In this document: positions 19,192-28,238 of the stretch, in pieces | Position numbering within the stretch: the stretch's first letter is position 1 | Layout: each line of letters opens with the position of its first letter | NCBI GenBank assembly: GCA_964510615.1 | Contig: CAZEBA010000007.1 | Span: 33,817 to 97,816, forward strand | From: an uncultured Gemmatimonadota bacterium | GTDB lineage: Bacteria; Gemmatimonadota; Gemmatimonadetes; Palauibacterales; Palauibacteraceae | Direction: 5' to 3' | DNA length: 64,000 nt | Translations under genes and position numbers: made by a program | Notes under the pieces: generated by a model | What the model was told of the DNA's origin: nothing | The model's input: only the letters and a program-made list of their open reading frames with translations | The model's database searches: none

Positions 19192-20295
19192 ATGCCCGCC
19201 AGAGGGTTCCGTCCTCCGGGGCTGCCGGGCCGATGGAAGTACACGGTGGCGGTGGCGGTCGTGGCGGCCGTGACGGTGAGCCGGGCGGCGCCGGGACAGG
19301 ACTTCCGGGCGGCGGAAGGGGTCGAGAGCTTCTCGGCGCTCGAGGGCGAGCTCGTCTCGGAGGTGCCGATCGAGGTGGAGGACCGGTGGCTGGTCGTACC
19401 GGTGGAGGGGCATGGTCAGGCCTTTCGCTTCATCATGGACACGGGTGCCACGACCGGTGCGGTCAGCAAGAGCGTGGCTCGCCGGCTCGGACTCGAGCCG
19501 GTGGCGGCGGCGAAGCTGAGCGGGGCCAGCGGTCAGGCGCGCGCGCACGTCGTCTCGACTCGGGTGCTCCGACTCGGCGCCGCGAGAGCCGGTGAGCGGG
19601 AAAAGTACGTGCTCGACGACGAAGTGCTCGCCGATGGTGACGAGCGACGCTTCGACGGCATCGTGGGCTCCGATCTGCTCAAGTACTACGATGTGCTCAT
19701 CGACGCGCCGGCGGGCGTGCTTCGTGTCTACCGGCGTGGGACGACGGACTCGAACAGCGGCGGTGTCGTCGGTCCTTCCCAGGCGGTCCCGTTCGAGCGC
19801 GTGAGGCGGGGGATCATCCGGCTCGAGGTGGAGGTGAACGGGTCGGTGGTCGACGCCGTGCTCGACTCGGGATCGCCCGCACTGATTCTCAACGCCGCGG
19901 CCGCCGAGGCCGCCAACCTCCAAGTTTCCGAGCATCCGGTGAGCGAACAGGTCCGGGGGCTCGGGTCGGAGAAGGTGTCCACCTTCGAGGCCCGGATCGA
20001 CTCGATCCGAGTCGGGCCCACCGTGCTCCGCTCGCTGCCGGGCGAGGTGGCGGACCTTCCGATCTTCGGTCGGTTGGGGCTCGACGACCGACCCGCCATG
20101 CTCCTCGGCTCGCCCGTGTTGTTGCGTTGCGCGGTGCTGATCTCCTGGCGCGACCGTACGCTCCGTTTCTGCCGCCACCCCCTGGACGAGGAGCCCGGCG
20201 GTCCCGCTCCGGAGCCGGCCGCGGTCGATTCCGGGCCGAGCGCCGCCGCTCCGGGGCCGAGCGCCGTCGATTCACCGGCGGACGAGAACGCGTAG
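19192..20295 (+). CDS. secreted two-domain retropepsin-like (clan AA) aspartic peptidase
   Basis: GGAGAGGAG Shine-Dalgarno. Signal-like N-terminus RWKYTVAVAVVAAVTVSRAAPGQD. Two active-site-like motifs, FIMDTGATTGAV and AVLDSGSPALIL, each in a ~120-aa retropepsin-like repeat. Pro/Ala/Ser-rich C-terminal tail. Confidence 0.6.
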   Translation: MPARGFRPPGLPGRWKYTVAVAVVAAVTVSRAAPGQDFRAAEGVESFSALEGELVSEVPIEVEDRWLVVPVEGHGQAFRFIMDTGATTGAVSKSVARRLGLEPVAAAKLSGASGQARAHVVSTRVLRLGAARAGEREKYVLDDEVLADGDERRFDGIVGSDLLKYYDVLIDAPAGVLRVYRRGTTDSNSGGVVGPSQAVPFERVRRGIIRLEVEVNGSVVDAVLDSGSPALILNAAAAEAANLQVSEHPVSEQVRGLGSEKVSTFEARIDSIRVGPTVLRSLPGEVADLPIFGRLGLDDRPAMLLGSPVLLRCAVLISWRDRTLRFCRHPLDEEPGGPAPEPAAVDSGPSAAAPGPSAVDSPADENA

Positions 20296-20616
20296 GCTCC
20301 ACCCACCGAATGGGAGGGTCTCGCACCGTTCTACGCACGGTGCCTCACCTGTTTGCGGAGCGAGCCTGCGCTGCGGAAAATGTCACGGATCCACAACTTC
20401 TTGTCAGGCCATGTGATAGCGTGTTTCTTCACCGCCGCCACCGCCGGGCACGGCGGTTGCTGCCACCGTTTCTCCATCCAGGCGAACCGCACCCCCGCGG
20501 GAGCGCGCGTAGGTCCGCGTCCGCGAGCGACGAGGAAGACGGATCGCGTGTTGCCCGCCTGGTGTTCTTAGATTGGGGAGCGGGGTCGAACTCGTATCTC
20601 AGGCGATCGGATCGGG

Positions 20617-20895
20617 GTGGTGGTCACGCAAAAGCTCACGATCGACCGGATGATCGACATCCTGGAGAGCGCGATCCTCGATGTCTGTCCCGAGCGCAAT
20701 CCGGGAACGGACTTCTCCTGCTATCCGGGTCCGAGCGGGAACCATGTCCGGGTATGCGATCAACACGACGTGGAGATCGACCGCGTTCCGGCCGAGTGGC
20801 TGGCTGCCTCTCTTGCCGATCGCCAGGCACGCGCCCGGGTGGAGGTGGTGGCCAAGCAGATCTGCGCCGAGCTGCAGCTGCGCGAGTTCCTCTGA
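20617..20895 (+). CDS. small hypothetical protein (80-92 aa, Cys-containing)
   Basis: VVTQKLTIDRMIDILESAILDVCPERNPGTDFSCYPGPSGNHVRVCDQHD... has non-artefactual composition. Alternative ATG start at 20650. No recognisable family. Confidence 0.35.
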   Translation: MVVTQKLTIDRMIDILESAILDVCPERNPGTDFSCYPGPSGNHVRVCDQHDVEIDRVPAEWLAASLADRQARARVEVVAKQICAELQLREFL

Positions 20896-20929
20896 CCCCT
20901 TTCTGGCGCGCCGGTCGAGCGACCCCGGC

Positions 20930-21097
20930 TCAGGTCTTGGAGCTCGTCTTGGCGAAGAACGTCGAGAACAGCTGCTCGGTCCTATGCCCTCCGCACTGCG
21001 GGCACTTGGGTCTCTTTCGTCCCGTGTGCTTGGCGATCGGCTCGGAGACCGTGAACGTCGCCTTGCAGTCCTTGCACTGATACTCGTAGCTGGCCAT
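20930..21097 (-). CDS. FmdB-family zinc-ribbon protein (55 aa)
   Basis: MASYEYQCKDCKATFTVSEPIAKHTGRKRPKCPQCGGHRTEQLFSTFFAKTSSKT has CxxC...CxxC and the typical FmdB N-terminus. Start re-assigned to the internal Met of track ORF 20930..21274. Confidence 0.7.
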   Translation of the reverse strand: MASYEYQCKDCKATFTVSEPIAKHTGRKRPKCPQCGGHRTEQLFSTFFAKTSSKT

Positions 21098-21545
21098 GAC
21101 ACACCTGCCACCTGAATCCGATCCCCCGGCGGCGGCTCGACCGCCGGGCCCTCCACGCCCACGGGGGCACGTTACAGGTCGTCGCGGCGGAGGGGCAATA
21201 GCGCCGATCGTGGAGGTGGGGGGACGCGCGACGTCGCTCGAGGTGGAGTGCCGGTGGGAGGGGCCTGTTCCCACACCCCTGCGCTTCGGGCTTCGTGGTG
21301 CGGAGCGCCGGGTGATCGAGGTCGAGGACCGGTGGTTGGGAGCCGGTCACGCCTACGCCAAGCTTCGCACGGAGGAGGGCGACACCTACATTCTTCGCTA
21401 CGATCACGCCCGGGACGCGTGGGAAGTCGCCATGTTTCGGGAACACGGTCTGTCCGAGCGGGAGGGACCGCGAAGCTCGGGGTCGGAGGAAAGGCTTGGC
21501 GGGCGCCATGCTCGGCCGCCAGATTGCCGCGACCCGACTCCGTGA
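21096..21545 (+). CDS. possible small hypothetical protein; 5' end uncertain (a GTG near 21209 is more plausible than ATG 21096)
   Basis: C-terminal 100 aa (...IVEVGGRATSLEVECRWEGPVPTPLRFGLRGAERRVIEVEDRWLGAGHAYAKLRTEEGDTYILRYDHARDAWEVAMFREHG...) have protein-like composition. The 5' part is antisense to the FmdB gene and Pro/Arg-rich. Confidence 0.3.
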   Translation: MTHLPPESDPPAAARPPGPPRPRGHVTGRRGGGAIAPIVEVGGRATSLEVECRWEGPVPTPLRFGLRGAERRVIEVEDRWLGAGHAYAKLRTEEGDTYILRYDHARDAWEVAMFREHGLSEREGPRSSGSEERLGGRHARPPDCRDPTP

Positions 21546-21559
21546 ACGGAAGGAGTGAG

Positions 21560-21985
21560 GTGACGAACGTCCGATCGAATCACTGGAAGGCGGCACCCAT
21601 CGGGCTCCTGGTGGCCCTGGGCTCGTGCGATGGGCGGGAGGTCGCTCGAGTGGAGATCGTCTCGCCAACCGAAGGGGCCGTCGTCGACGAGGCCAACGTG
21701 CGCGTGGTCCTGCAGGCGAACGGCGTGGAGATTGCGCCCGCCTCCGAGGATCGGCCGGGAACGGCTCATCACCACCTGTTCGTCGACCGCGACGTGACGC
21801 CTCTCAGTGACACGATTCCCGCCGGCGTGCTCGGTATCCTGCACCTCGGCCGCGGCCAGACGGAGTTCGTGCTGGAGGAGCTGGCACCCGGCCAGCATCG
21901 AGTGATCGCGTTGCTGGCCGATGGGGATCACGTTCCGCTCGATCCACCCGCGGCCGACACGGTGCGCTTCACGGTCCGGCGCTAG
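21560..21985 (+). CDS. DUF4399-like lipoprotein (141 aa)
   Basis: GTG 21560 preceded by AGGAGTGAGG. Lipobox LLVALGSC. Motif TAHHHLFVDRD...GQHRVIALLADGDHVP resembles DUF4399-type secreted proteins. Lower part of track ORF 21248..21985. Confidence 0.55.
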   Translation: MTNVRSNHWKAAPIGLLVALGSCDGREVARVEIVSPTEGAVVDEANVRVVLQANGVEIAPASEDRPGTAHHHLFVDRDVTPLSDTIPAGVLGILHLGRGQTEFVLEELAPGQHRVIALLADGDHVPLDPPAADTVRFTVRR

Positions 21986-22036
21986 CGGTCCGCGCCACAC
22001 TCCGGCGCCGGCGGGTCCGGCGCCGGCGGGTCGAGC

Positions 22037-22642
22037 TCAGAAGTTGCCGAACTTGAACTCGAGGCTCCCGAACGGGGCGCTCAGGTCGCCGCTGTCCAGC
22101 CGGCCGAGGTCGAGGCCGGAAACGAAGCGGTAGCCTCCACCCACGTCAATCCGGAACCACTTGGTGACGTTGAGCTCCAGCTTGGCGGCCGGCTCCGCCA
22201 CGAACACCGGGTCCGACTCGAAGTCGAACACGGTCACGCCCCCGGCACCGATCAGGAGCTGAAGGCTGTAGTGGGCAACCCGATCCCAGAGTCCGATGTA
22301 CTCGAACTCGAAGCCGCCGTAACCGAACTCGATCTGCCGCGTCCGGCAGCGGCCGTCCTCATCCACGCAGATCTCGCTCGAGAGCCCGTAGCCGCCTCCA
22401 CCGATGATGAATCGGTGGTTGATGATCCAGCCGCCCCGCAGGCCCGCGAAAGCCGCGAACTGGTCGTTCACGCCGCTGAACTTGAACACCAGCGCCCCGA
22501 ATCCGCCCGAGTCGATGCCGCCCCGGATCAGAGTGTCCTCCTCCTGTCCGGGCTCGGGTTCCGGCTCCGGCTCCTTCTCCTGAGCCCAGGCGGTCGAGGT
22601 CGTCAGCAAGAGGAAGGCGGTAATCCACGCTGCGCTTCTCAT
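22037..22642 (-). CDS. secreted hypothetical protein with signal peptide (201 aa), beta-rich/Gly-rich
   Basis: MRSAAWITAFLLLTTSTAWAQEKEPEPEPGQEE... signal peptide, then alternating hydrophobic/Gly pattern, C-terminal ...LEFKFGNF. Confidence 0.65.
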   Translation of the reverse strand: MRSAAWITAFLLLTTSTAWAQEKEPEPEPEPGQEEDTLIRGGIDSGGFGALVFKFSGVNDQFAAFAGLRGGWIINHRFIIGGGGYGLSSEICVDEDGRCRTRQIEFGYGGFEFEYIGLWDRVAHYSLQLLIGAGGVTVFDFESDPVFVAEPAAKLELNVTKWFRIDVGGGYRFVSGLDLGRLDSGDLSAPFGSLEFKFGNF

Positions 22643-22724
22643 CGATCCCTCCGATCGGTAAGAAGGTCATGTCCTTGTACCGGTATAGAGACGAGCCACG
22701 ACGGCCGGGGGATACGCCTGCGGG

Positions 22725-23189
22725 TCACTCGCCCTCGCCGAGGCCGAGGAACCGTCGGGCCACGGCTTCGCTCATGGCGAACCGCTGCAGCGACCTTCGC
22801 AGCTCTTCCGGCAGCGGGCGAGGTGTTACGGCCGCGCGCCCCGTGCAGACGAGGACCACGCGGCCGGTCGCCGCGAGCCTGCGCGCGTCCAGGTGAACCA
22901 CATCGAAGTTGATCGAGATCGAGCTGGTTCCGAACCGGGTGAAGTAACCCGCCACGCGGAGGCAGTCGTCGAGGCGGGCCGGATACTTGAAGTCGCAGTC
23001 CAGGTGCACACGCGGCAACCAGATGTCGTACCGGTCGAAGACCTCGCTGTAGGGCTCGCCTGCGGCGCGGAACAGCTCCATCTCGGCGAGCTCGAAGAAC
23101 CGGAAGTAGGCGCCGTAGAAGATGATCCCGGCGAAGTCGACGTCCGACCAGCGGACGCGCTCATCGACGACGAAAGGCTTCGTTTCCAT
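22725..23189 (-). CDS. acyl-CoA thioesterase, 4HBT/YbgC-like hotdog fold
   Basis: METKPFVVDERVRWSDVDFAGIIFYGAYFRFFELAEMELFRAAG... is a canonical 4HBT pattern. Start at internal ATG 23189 of the track ORF. Confidence 0.7.
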   Translation of the reverse strand: METKPFVVDERVRWSDVDFAGIIFYGAYFRFFELAEMELFRAAGEPYSEVFDRYDIWLPRVHLDCDFKYPARLDDCLRVAGYFTRFGTSSISINFDVVHLDARRLAATGRVVLVCTGRAAVTPRPLPEELRRSLQRFAMSEAVARRFLGLGEGE

Positions 23190-23358
23190 GGCAGCAACGT
23201 AGGCGGGCCCGCCGTCGTCGGGAATAGAGCTGCAGGGGGAGCCGATCGGCCGCTGCGCGGGCGAGGAATCCTGATATCTTCCCTGGGGGTAGGATCCCAA
23301 AGGACCTGCCTGACGCTCGAATCCGAATCGCTCTCACCCACAGCGTTCGAGGCGAAAC

Positions 23359-24684
23359 GTGTCACAGATCACCGTAGATACCGGCGTCACCGTTCCGGCC
23401 GCCGAGGTCTTCCCCACCCTGCAGGCGAATGTCCTCGTCGATGGCTTTCATATCGTGATCGATCTCGAGAAGTCTTACGGCACGGTCATGGTGGACGCGC
23501 TGACCGGCAGGGAGTACCTGGACTGCTACGCCTATTTCGCGACGCTTCCGATCGGACACAACCATCCGGGCATGGAGGAGGAGGGTTTCCGCCGCTCGCT
23601 CATGACCGCGGCCGTGGCCAACCCGGCGAACAGCGATGTGTACTGCCGCGAGTACGCCGGCTTCGTCCGGACGTTTCGTGAGTACGCGGTGCCGGCGGCG
23701 TTCCCGCATCTCTTCTTCGTCGCCGGCGGGGCGCCGGCCGTAGAGAACGCGATGAAGGCCGCCTTCGACTGGAAGGCACAGCTCAACCGATCGCGCGGCA
23801 TCGACGGCGGAGCGGACAAGATCCTCCACTTCCGGGAGGGCTTCCATGGCCGGACGGGGTACGCGCTGTCGGCCACCAGCACCGATCCGATAAAGGTGGC
23901 CGACTTCCCGAAGTTGGATTGGCCCCGGATCTCGAACCCAAAGATCCACTTCCCGCTGGACGTGGCGGCGGTGGCCGCGACGGAGGCCGAGGCCATCCGG
24001 GAGGTCGAGGAGGCGTTTCGGCGGGATCCCCACGGGATCGCGGCCATCCTCGTCGAGCCCATCCAGGGCGAGGGAGGCGACAACCACTTCCGGGCCGAGT
24101 TCCTCCAGGAGCTGCGCCGGATCGCCGACGAGCGGGACGCGCTTCTCCTGTTCGACGAGGTGCAGACGGGCATGGGAGGAACCGGGAGGATGTGGGCGTT
24201 CGAGCACTTCGGGATTACTCCCGACATCGTGGCGTTCGGCAAGAAGACCCAGGTGTGCGGGATCATGAGCACGAGCCGGATCGACGAGATCGAGACCAAC
24301 GTCTTCTCGGTGTCCGGACGGATCAATTCGACCTGGGGCGGCAACCTGGTCGACATGGTGCGGTGTGCACGCTACCTGGAGATCATCGACGAGGAAGGAC
24401 TGATCGAGAACGCCGCGCGGGTCGGAGAGCTCTTCCGTCAGGGCCTGGTCGAGCTCGAGACGGACTTCGATGCCGTCACCAACGCCCGTGGACGGGGACT
24501 CATGCTGGCGTTCGACCTTCCTGACAAGGCGGCCCGGAACGAGTTCCGCGGCCGCTGTTGGGACGCCGGGCTGGCTACTCTGGCCTGCGGGCCGCGCTCG
24601 ATCCGGTTCCGCCCCGCGCTGATCTTCACCGAGGAAGACGTGGAGCGGGCGCTGGGAATACTGCGGGAGGTGCTGACGAGGTGA
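23359..24684 (+). CDS. lat: class III PLP aminotransferase, L-lysine 6-aminotransferase-like
   Basis: 441 aa ...LDCYAYFATLPIGHNHPGM...ILVEPIQGEGGDNHFRAEFLQELRRIADERDALLLFDEVQTGMGGTGRMWAFEHFGITPDIVAFGKK... Length and motif spacing resemble lysine epsilon-aminotransferases. The symbol is assigned by similarity pattern only. Confidence 0.7.
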   Translation: MSQITVDTGVTVPAAEVFPTLQANVLVDGFHIVIDLEKSYGTVMVDALTGREYLDCYAYFATLPIGHNHPGMEEEGFRRSLMTAAVANPANSDVYCREYAGFVRTFREYAVPAAFPHLFFVAGGAPAVENAMKAAFDWKAQLNRSRGIDGGADKILHFREGFHGRTGYALSATSTDPIKVADFPKLDWPRISNPKIHFPLDVAAVAATEAEAIREVEEAFRRDPHGIAAILVEPIQGEGGDNHFRAEFLQELRRIADERDALLLFDEVQTGMGGTGRMWAFEHFGITPDIVAFGKKTQVCGIMSTSRIDEIETNVFSVSGRINSTWGGNLVDMVRCARYLEIIDEEGLIENAARVGELFRQGLVELETDFDAVTNARGRGLMLAFDLPDKAARNEFRGRCWDAGLATLACGPRSIRFRPALIFTEEDVERALGILREVLTR

Positions 24685-25232
24685 CCGGCGCCTTCGCACG
24701 AAGGCGTGGAAGGCGGCAGACGGGGAAGGCTCGATCAGCCTGCTGGGGCCAGGCTGGCCTTTACGGGGTGCACCCTTCGGCGGTTAACGACGCCACCCAG
24801 AGACGCCGCCCCAGGGCCGGGCTTACTCCAACCCCGCCTGCCGATCTCCGGGGACTGCCAGGTGGCGGTCCCCGGTCATGAAACGCTCCGGCGGGGCGGC
24901 TCCTGACAGGGCAGCCTCGTTCCGAATCGAGATACTCCGGACACGCCGCGTCGACCTCTACCCGATAGCCGCAGGGTGAATCTCCCGATAGCCTGGGTAC
25001 GGCAGGGGCAGTAGGAGCGAACAAGCCGCCAGCCGATGGCTCTTGGACGAGGACACCGGCTGACGGCTCGAGACACGCAAGCCCGGGTGGGGCCCACGTG
25101 CATGGAGCCTGAAGCTACACTCGCGGGCAGCCGGTGCAAGGACCTGCCTTCCACGTTCGTGCGCCCCATCCAGGAGAGACGGCCCGGAGCCCACCGCATC
25201 CGGGCCGGTAGAGGTTCCGAAAGGAGGGCACG

Positions 25233-25694
25233 ATGGAAGGGACGAAAGAGCGCGACCTGATCAAGATCGGTCGCAATCACATCGACGCGTTCAACAAAGG
25301 CGACTGGGATCAGCTGAAGAAGCTGATGTCGCCGAAAGCCGTCTACATCGAGCCGGCGACCGGCCGCCGGGTCGAGGGTCCGGCGGAGATCGTCAAGGCG
25401 ATCAAGGGTTGGAGGACGGCCTTTACGGATCTGAAGGGCGAGGTGAAGAACATCTTCGCGTATGACAAGTACGTCATCGCGGAGGTCGAGTGGAAGGGTA
25501 CCCACAACGGGACGCTGGCCGGCCCGATGGGAGAGTTCGCCGCCACCTTCAAGCCCTGCACGGTCCGGTCGGCCGAGGTGTTCGAGTTCGAGGGAGATGT
25601 CGTGAAGGAGAATCGGCACTACTTCGACCTCTTCACCATGCTGCAGCAGCTGGGCCTGTCGGTGCTGGAGAAGCCGACGGCGGCCGCGTTCTGA
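25233..25694 (+). CDS. SnoaL-like polyketide cyclase / ester cyclase (NTF2-like fold)
   Basis: MEGTKERDLIKIGRNHIDAFNKGDWDQLKKLMSPKAVYIEPATGRRVEGPAEIVKAIKGWRTAFTDLKGEV... is typical of the SnoaL_2/ester cyclase family. AGGAGGG Shine-Dalgarno. Followed by a strong terminator. Confidence 0.8.
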   Translation: MEGTKERDLIKIGRNHIDAFNKGDWDQLKKLMSPKAVYIEPATGRRVEGPAEIVKAIKGWRTAFTDLKGEVKNIFAYDKYVIAEVEWKGTHNGTLAGPMGEFAATFKPCTVRSAEVFEFEGDVVKENRHYFDLFTMLQQLGLSVLEKPTAAAF

Positions 25695-25723
25695 CGGTCG
25701 GGCACGACCGGTTGTCCGCCGTA

Positions 25724-25760
25724 CCGGGGCGGCCTCTCGAGGCCGCCCCGGGCTTTTCGT
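25724..25760 (+). terminator. Rho-independent terminator (11-bp perfect stem CCGGGGCGGCC/GGCCGCCCCGG, loop TCTCGA, then GCTTTTCG)
   Basis: Read directly; located 30 nt after the SnoaL-like gene stop. Confidence 0.75.
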
Positions 25761-25873
25761 GCTGCCTGGCCGATGGTCGGCCTTCCCGATGGACCTGGCT
25801 GGCTGAAAGCCTCTCGCGGGCTTACCCTGGAGGCTGGCCCCGTCCTACCACTACGCGGACGATTGCGAGCTGA

Positions 25874-26791
25874 ATGCCTGGATACGGAGTCCTGGCGCAC
25901 CCGATATGGGTGCCACTGCTCTTCGTGCTGGCCGTAGGTCACGCGCAGAACATCTGTACCACACTCTACCTGCACCGGTCCGTGACGCACGAGGGGGTGG
26001 AGTTTCGCCCCGTCGTCGCCCACCTGATGAGATTCTGGCTCTGGCTGACCGCGGCCGTCGTCACGCGGGAGTGGGTTGCGGTGCACCGGAAGCACCACGC
26101 CTTCGCGGACAGGGAAGGCGATCCGCACTCCCCGGCGGTGGCCGGCTTCTGGGGAATCGTCCTGGGCGGCGTCTTCTTCTACAAGCGGGCGGCCAAGGAT
26201 CTTGCTTTGCTCGAGAAGTATGGACACGGGTGCCCGGACGACTGGGTCGAGCGTCACATCTACACGGGCCGACGAACCCTGGGCGTCACGCTGATGTTCT
26301 TCGTCGATCTCTACCTGTTCGGATTCGTCATTGGATCCCTGGTGTGGTCGGCGATGGCGATCTGGATGCCGATCATGGGGAACATCATCAACGGTATCGG
26401 CCACGCCATCGGCTATAGGACCTTCCGGACCCGGGACTGCAGCCGGAACATCTATCCGTGGGGGATCTGGATACTGGGCGAGGAGCTTCACAACAACCAC
26501 CACGCCGATCCGCGCTCGGCCAAGTTCCGCGCCCGCTGGTTCGAGTTCGACGTCGGCTGGATCTACATCCGGGTTCTCTCCTTCCTCAACCTCGCCAGAG
26601 TTCTCTACGCCCGTTCGCTCAACGCCAGGGAATTCACCGCCCGGCACTACGCCGAAAAGGTGGCTCGGCCGGTGTCCGAGGGGCTCGAGCGCGCAGGGCG
26701 GGAGATCGGCCGCGCAACGGCGCGGCTGGAGGGACCGATGAGGACTGGCGGTATGGAGCCCGGTGGCGTATCTGTCCCCCGGCGGTCATAG
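25874..26791 (+). CDS. membrane fatty-acid desaturase (acyl-CoA/acyl-lipid desaturase family)
   Basis: His boxes HRSVTH, HRKHHAF and HNNHHAD in a 4-TM framework, the classical desaturase signature. Confidence 0.8.
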   Translation: MPGYGVLAHPIWVPLLFVLAVGHAQNICTTLYLHRSVTHEGVEFRPVVAHLMRFWLWLTAAVVTREWVAVHRKHHAFADREGDPHSPAVAGFWGIVLGGVFFYKRAAKDLALLEKYGHGCPDDWVERHIYTGRRTLGVTLMFFVDLYLFGFVIGSLVWSAMAIWMPIMGNIINGIGHAIGYRTFRTRDCSRNIYPWGIWILGEELHNNHHADPRSAKFRARWFEFDVGWIYIRVLSFLNLARVLYARSLNAREFTARHYAEKVARPVSEGLERAGREIGRATARLEGPMRTGGMEPGGVSVPRRS

Positions 26792-26882
26792 CACCGCATC
26801 CGACTGACCGCACCTGCGTCGACGACTGCACTCAGACTGCACCCACACCACCACGAACATTCAGCAGACAGAGGAGAGACCG

Positions 26883-28238
26883 ATGTCCGCTGCTGAAGCC
26901 TCTAGAGAGACAGCCCGCTTCATGGATTGGCTCGTGCGGACGAACCCGGGCGAGCCCGAATTCCACCAGGCCGTGCACGAGGTCGTCGAGACGTTGATGC
27001 CGTTCGTGCTGGAGAACGAAAGGTACAGGCGGGCCAGGATCCTGGAGCGGATCACCGAGCCGGACCGGGTGATCACGTTCCGCGTTACCTGGGTCGACGA
27101 CGACGAGGAGATCCACGTGAACCGCGCCTGGCGCATCCAGTTCAACAACGCGATCGGTCCCTACAAGGGCGGGCTTCGCTTCCACCCGACCGTGACTCTG
27201 GGCACGCTCAAGTTCCTCGGCTTCGAGCAGGTGTTCAAGAACGCGCTCACCGGCCTGCCGATGGGCGGCGCCAAGGGGGGGTCGAACTTCGATCCGAAAG
27301 GGAAAAGCGACAACGAGGTGATGCAGTTCTGCCAGTCCCTGATGGTGGAGCTCGCTCGCCACATCGGAGAGCACACCGACGTTCCGGCGGGCGACATCGG
27401 GGTCGGGGCGCGCGAGATCGGCTTCCTGTACGGTCAGTACAAGCGGCTGGCCAACCGGGTCGTGGGCGTGCTGACGGGGAAGGGGCTCTCGTTCGGCGGC
27501 AGCCGCGTCCGCAAGGAGGCGACGGGATACGGCGTCGTCTACTTCACCGAGCACATGCTGGAGAGGATCGGAGAGGGGCTCGAGGGGAAGACGGCCGCGG
27601 TCTCCGGCTCCGGCAACGTGGCGATCTACACGATCGAGAAGCTCCTGGAGAGAGGCGCAAAGGTGGTCACGATCTCCGATTCGGGTGGCTTCATTCACGA
27701 TCCGGATGGGATCGATGTGGAGAAGCTGGAGTGGCTGAAGGAGCTGAAGGAGGTGCGCCGCGGCCGGGTTCAGGAGTACGTCGACGAGTACCCGAACGCC
27801 ACCTTCCATCCCGAAGCTCGCCCGTGGGCCGTACCGGTCGAGCTGGCGTTTCCGAGCGCGACCCAGAACGAGCTGAGCGGCGAGGATGCGCGCACGCTGA
27901 TCGAGAACGGGGTGATCGCGGTTGGCGAGGGGGCCAACATGCCGACCCAGCCGGAGGGTGTCGCGGCGTTCCTGCAGGCGAGGGTGTGCTACGGACTCGG
28001 CAAGGCGGCGAACGCCGGCGGCGTCGCGGTGTCGGGGCTGGAGATGAGCCAGAACGCGATCGGTCTCTCGTGGACGAGCGCCCAGGTGGATGCGGAGCTC
28101 AAGAAGGTGATGCGCAGCATCCACGAGCAATGCGTCGAGTACGGTGATGAGGGAGACTTCGTCAATTACGTCAAGGGAGCCAACATCGCCGGCTTCGTGA
28201 AGGTGGCGGATGCGCTGCTGGCCTACGGCGCGGTCTAG
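26883..28238 (+). CDS. gdhA: NADP-specific glutamate dehydrogenase
   Basis: 451 aa with GxGxxG dinucleotide fold (GSGNVAIYTIEKL) and catalytic Lys region ...PMGGAKGGSNFDPKGKSDNEVMQFCQSLM...; GAGGAGAG Shine-Dalgarno. Confidence 0.9.
   Translation: MSAAEASRETARFMDWLVRTNPGEPEFHQAVHEVVETLMPFVLENERYRRARILERITEPDRVITFRVTWVDDDEEIHVNRAWRIQFNNAIGPYKGGLRFHPTVTLGTLKFLGFEQVFKNALTGLPMGGAKGGSNFDPKGKSDNEVMQFCQSLMVELARHIGEHTDVPAGDIGVGAREIGFLYGQYKRLANRVVGVLTGKGLSFGGSRVRKEATGYGVVYFTEHMLERIGEGLEGKTAAVSGSGNVAIYTIEKLLERGAKVVTISDSGGFIHDPDGIDVEKLEWLKELKEVRRGRVQEYVDEYPNATFHPEARPWAVPVELAFPSATQNELSGEDARTLIENGVIAVGEGANMPTQPEGVAAFLQARVCYGLGKAANAGGVAVSGLEMSQNAIGLSWTSAQVDAELKKVMRSIHEQCVEYGDEGDFVNYVKGANIAGFVKVADALLAYGAV

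Noticed and set aside
19006-20178. 390-aa minus-strand ORF opposite the aspartic protease gene
   Set aside because: Antisense. Composition dominated by Arg/Pro/Gly/His. No Shine-Dalgarno. The plus-strand gene has strong Shine-Dalgarno and catalytic motifs.
20575-20600. tRNA-like T-loop-resembling string GGGGTCGAACTCG
   Set aside because: No acceptor stem, D-loop or anticodon arm can be folded around it. Surrounding sequence is the leader of a small ORF.
23362-24699. 445-aa minus-strand ORF opposite the lysine aminotransferase gene
   Set aside because: Perfect antisense shadow of a well-supported PLP enzyme gene. Arg/Asp/Gly-rich.
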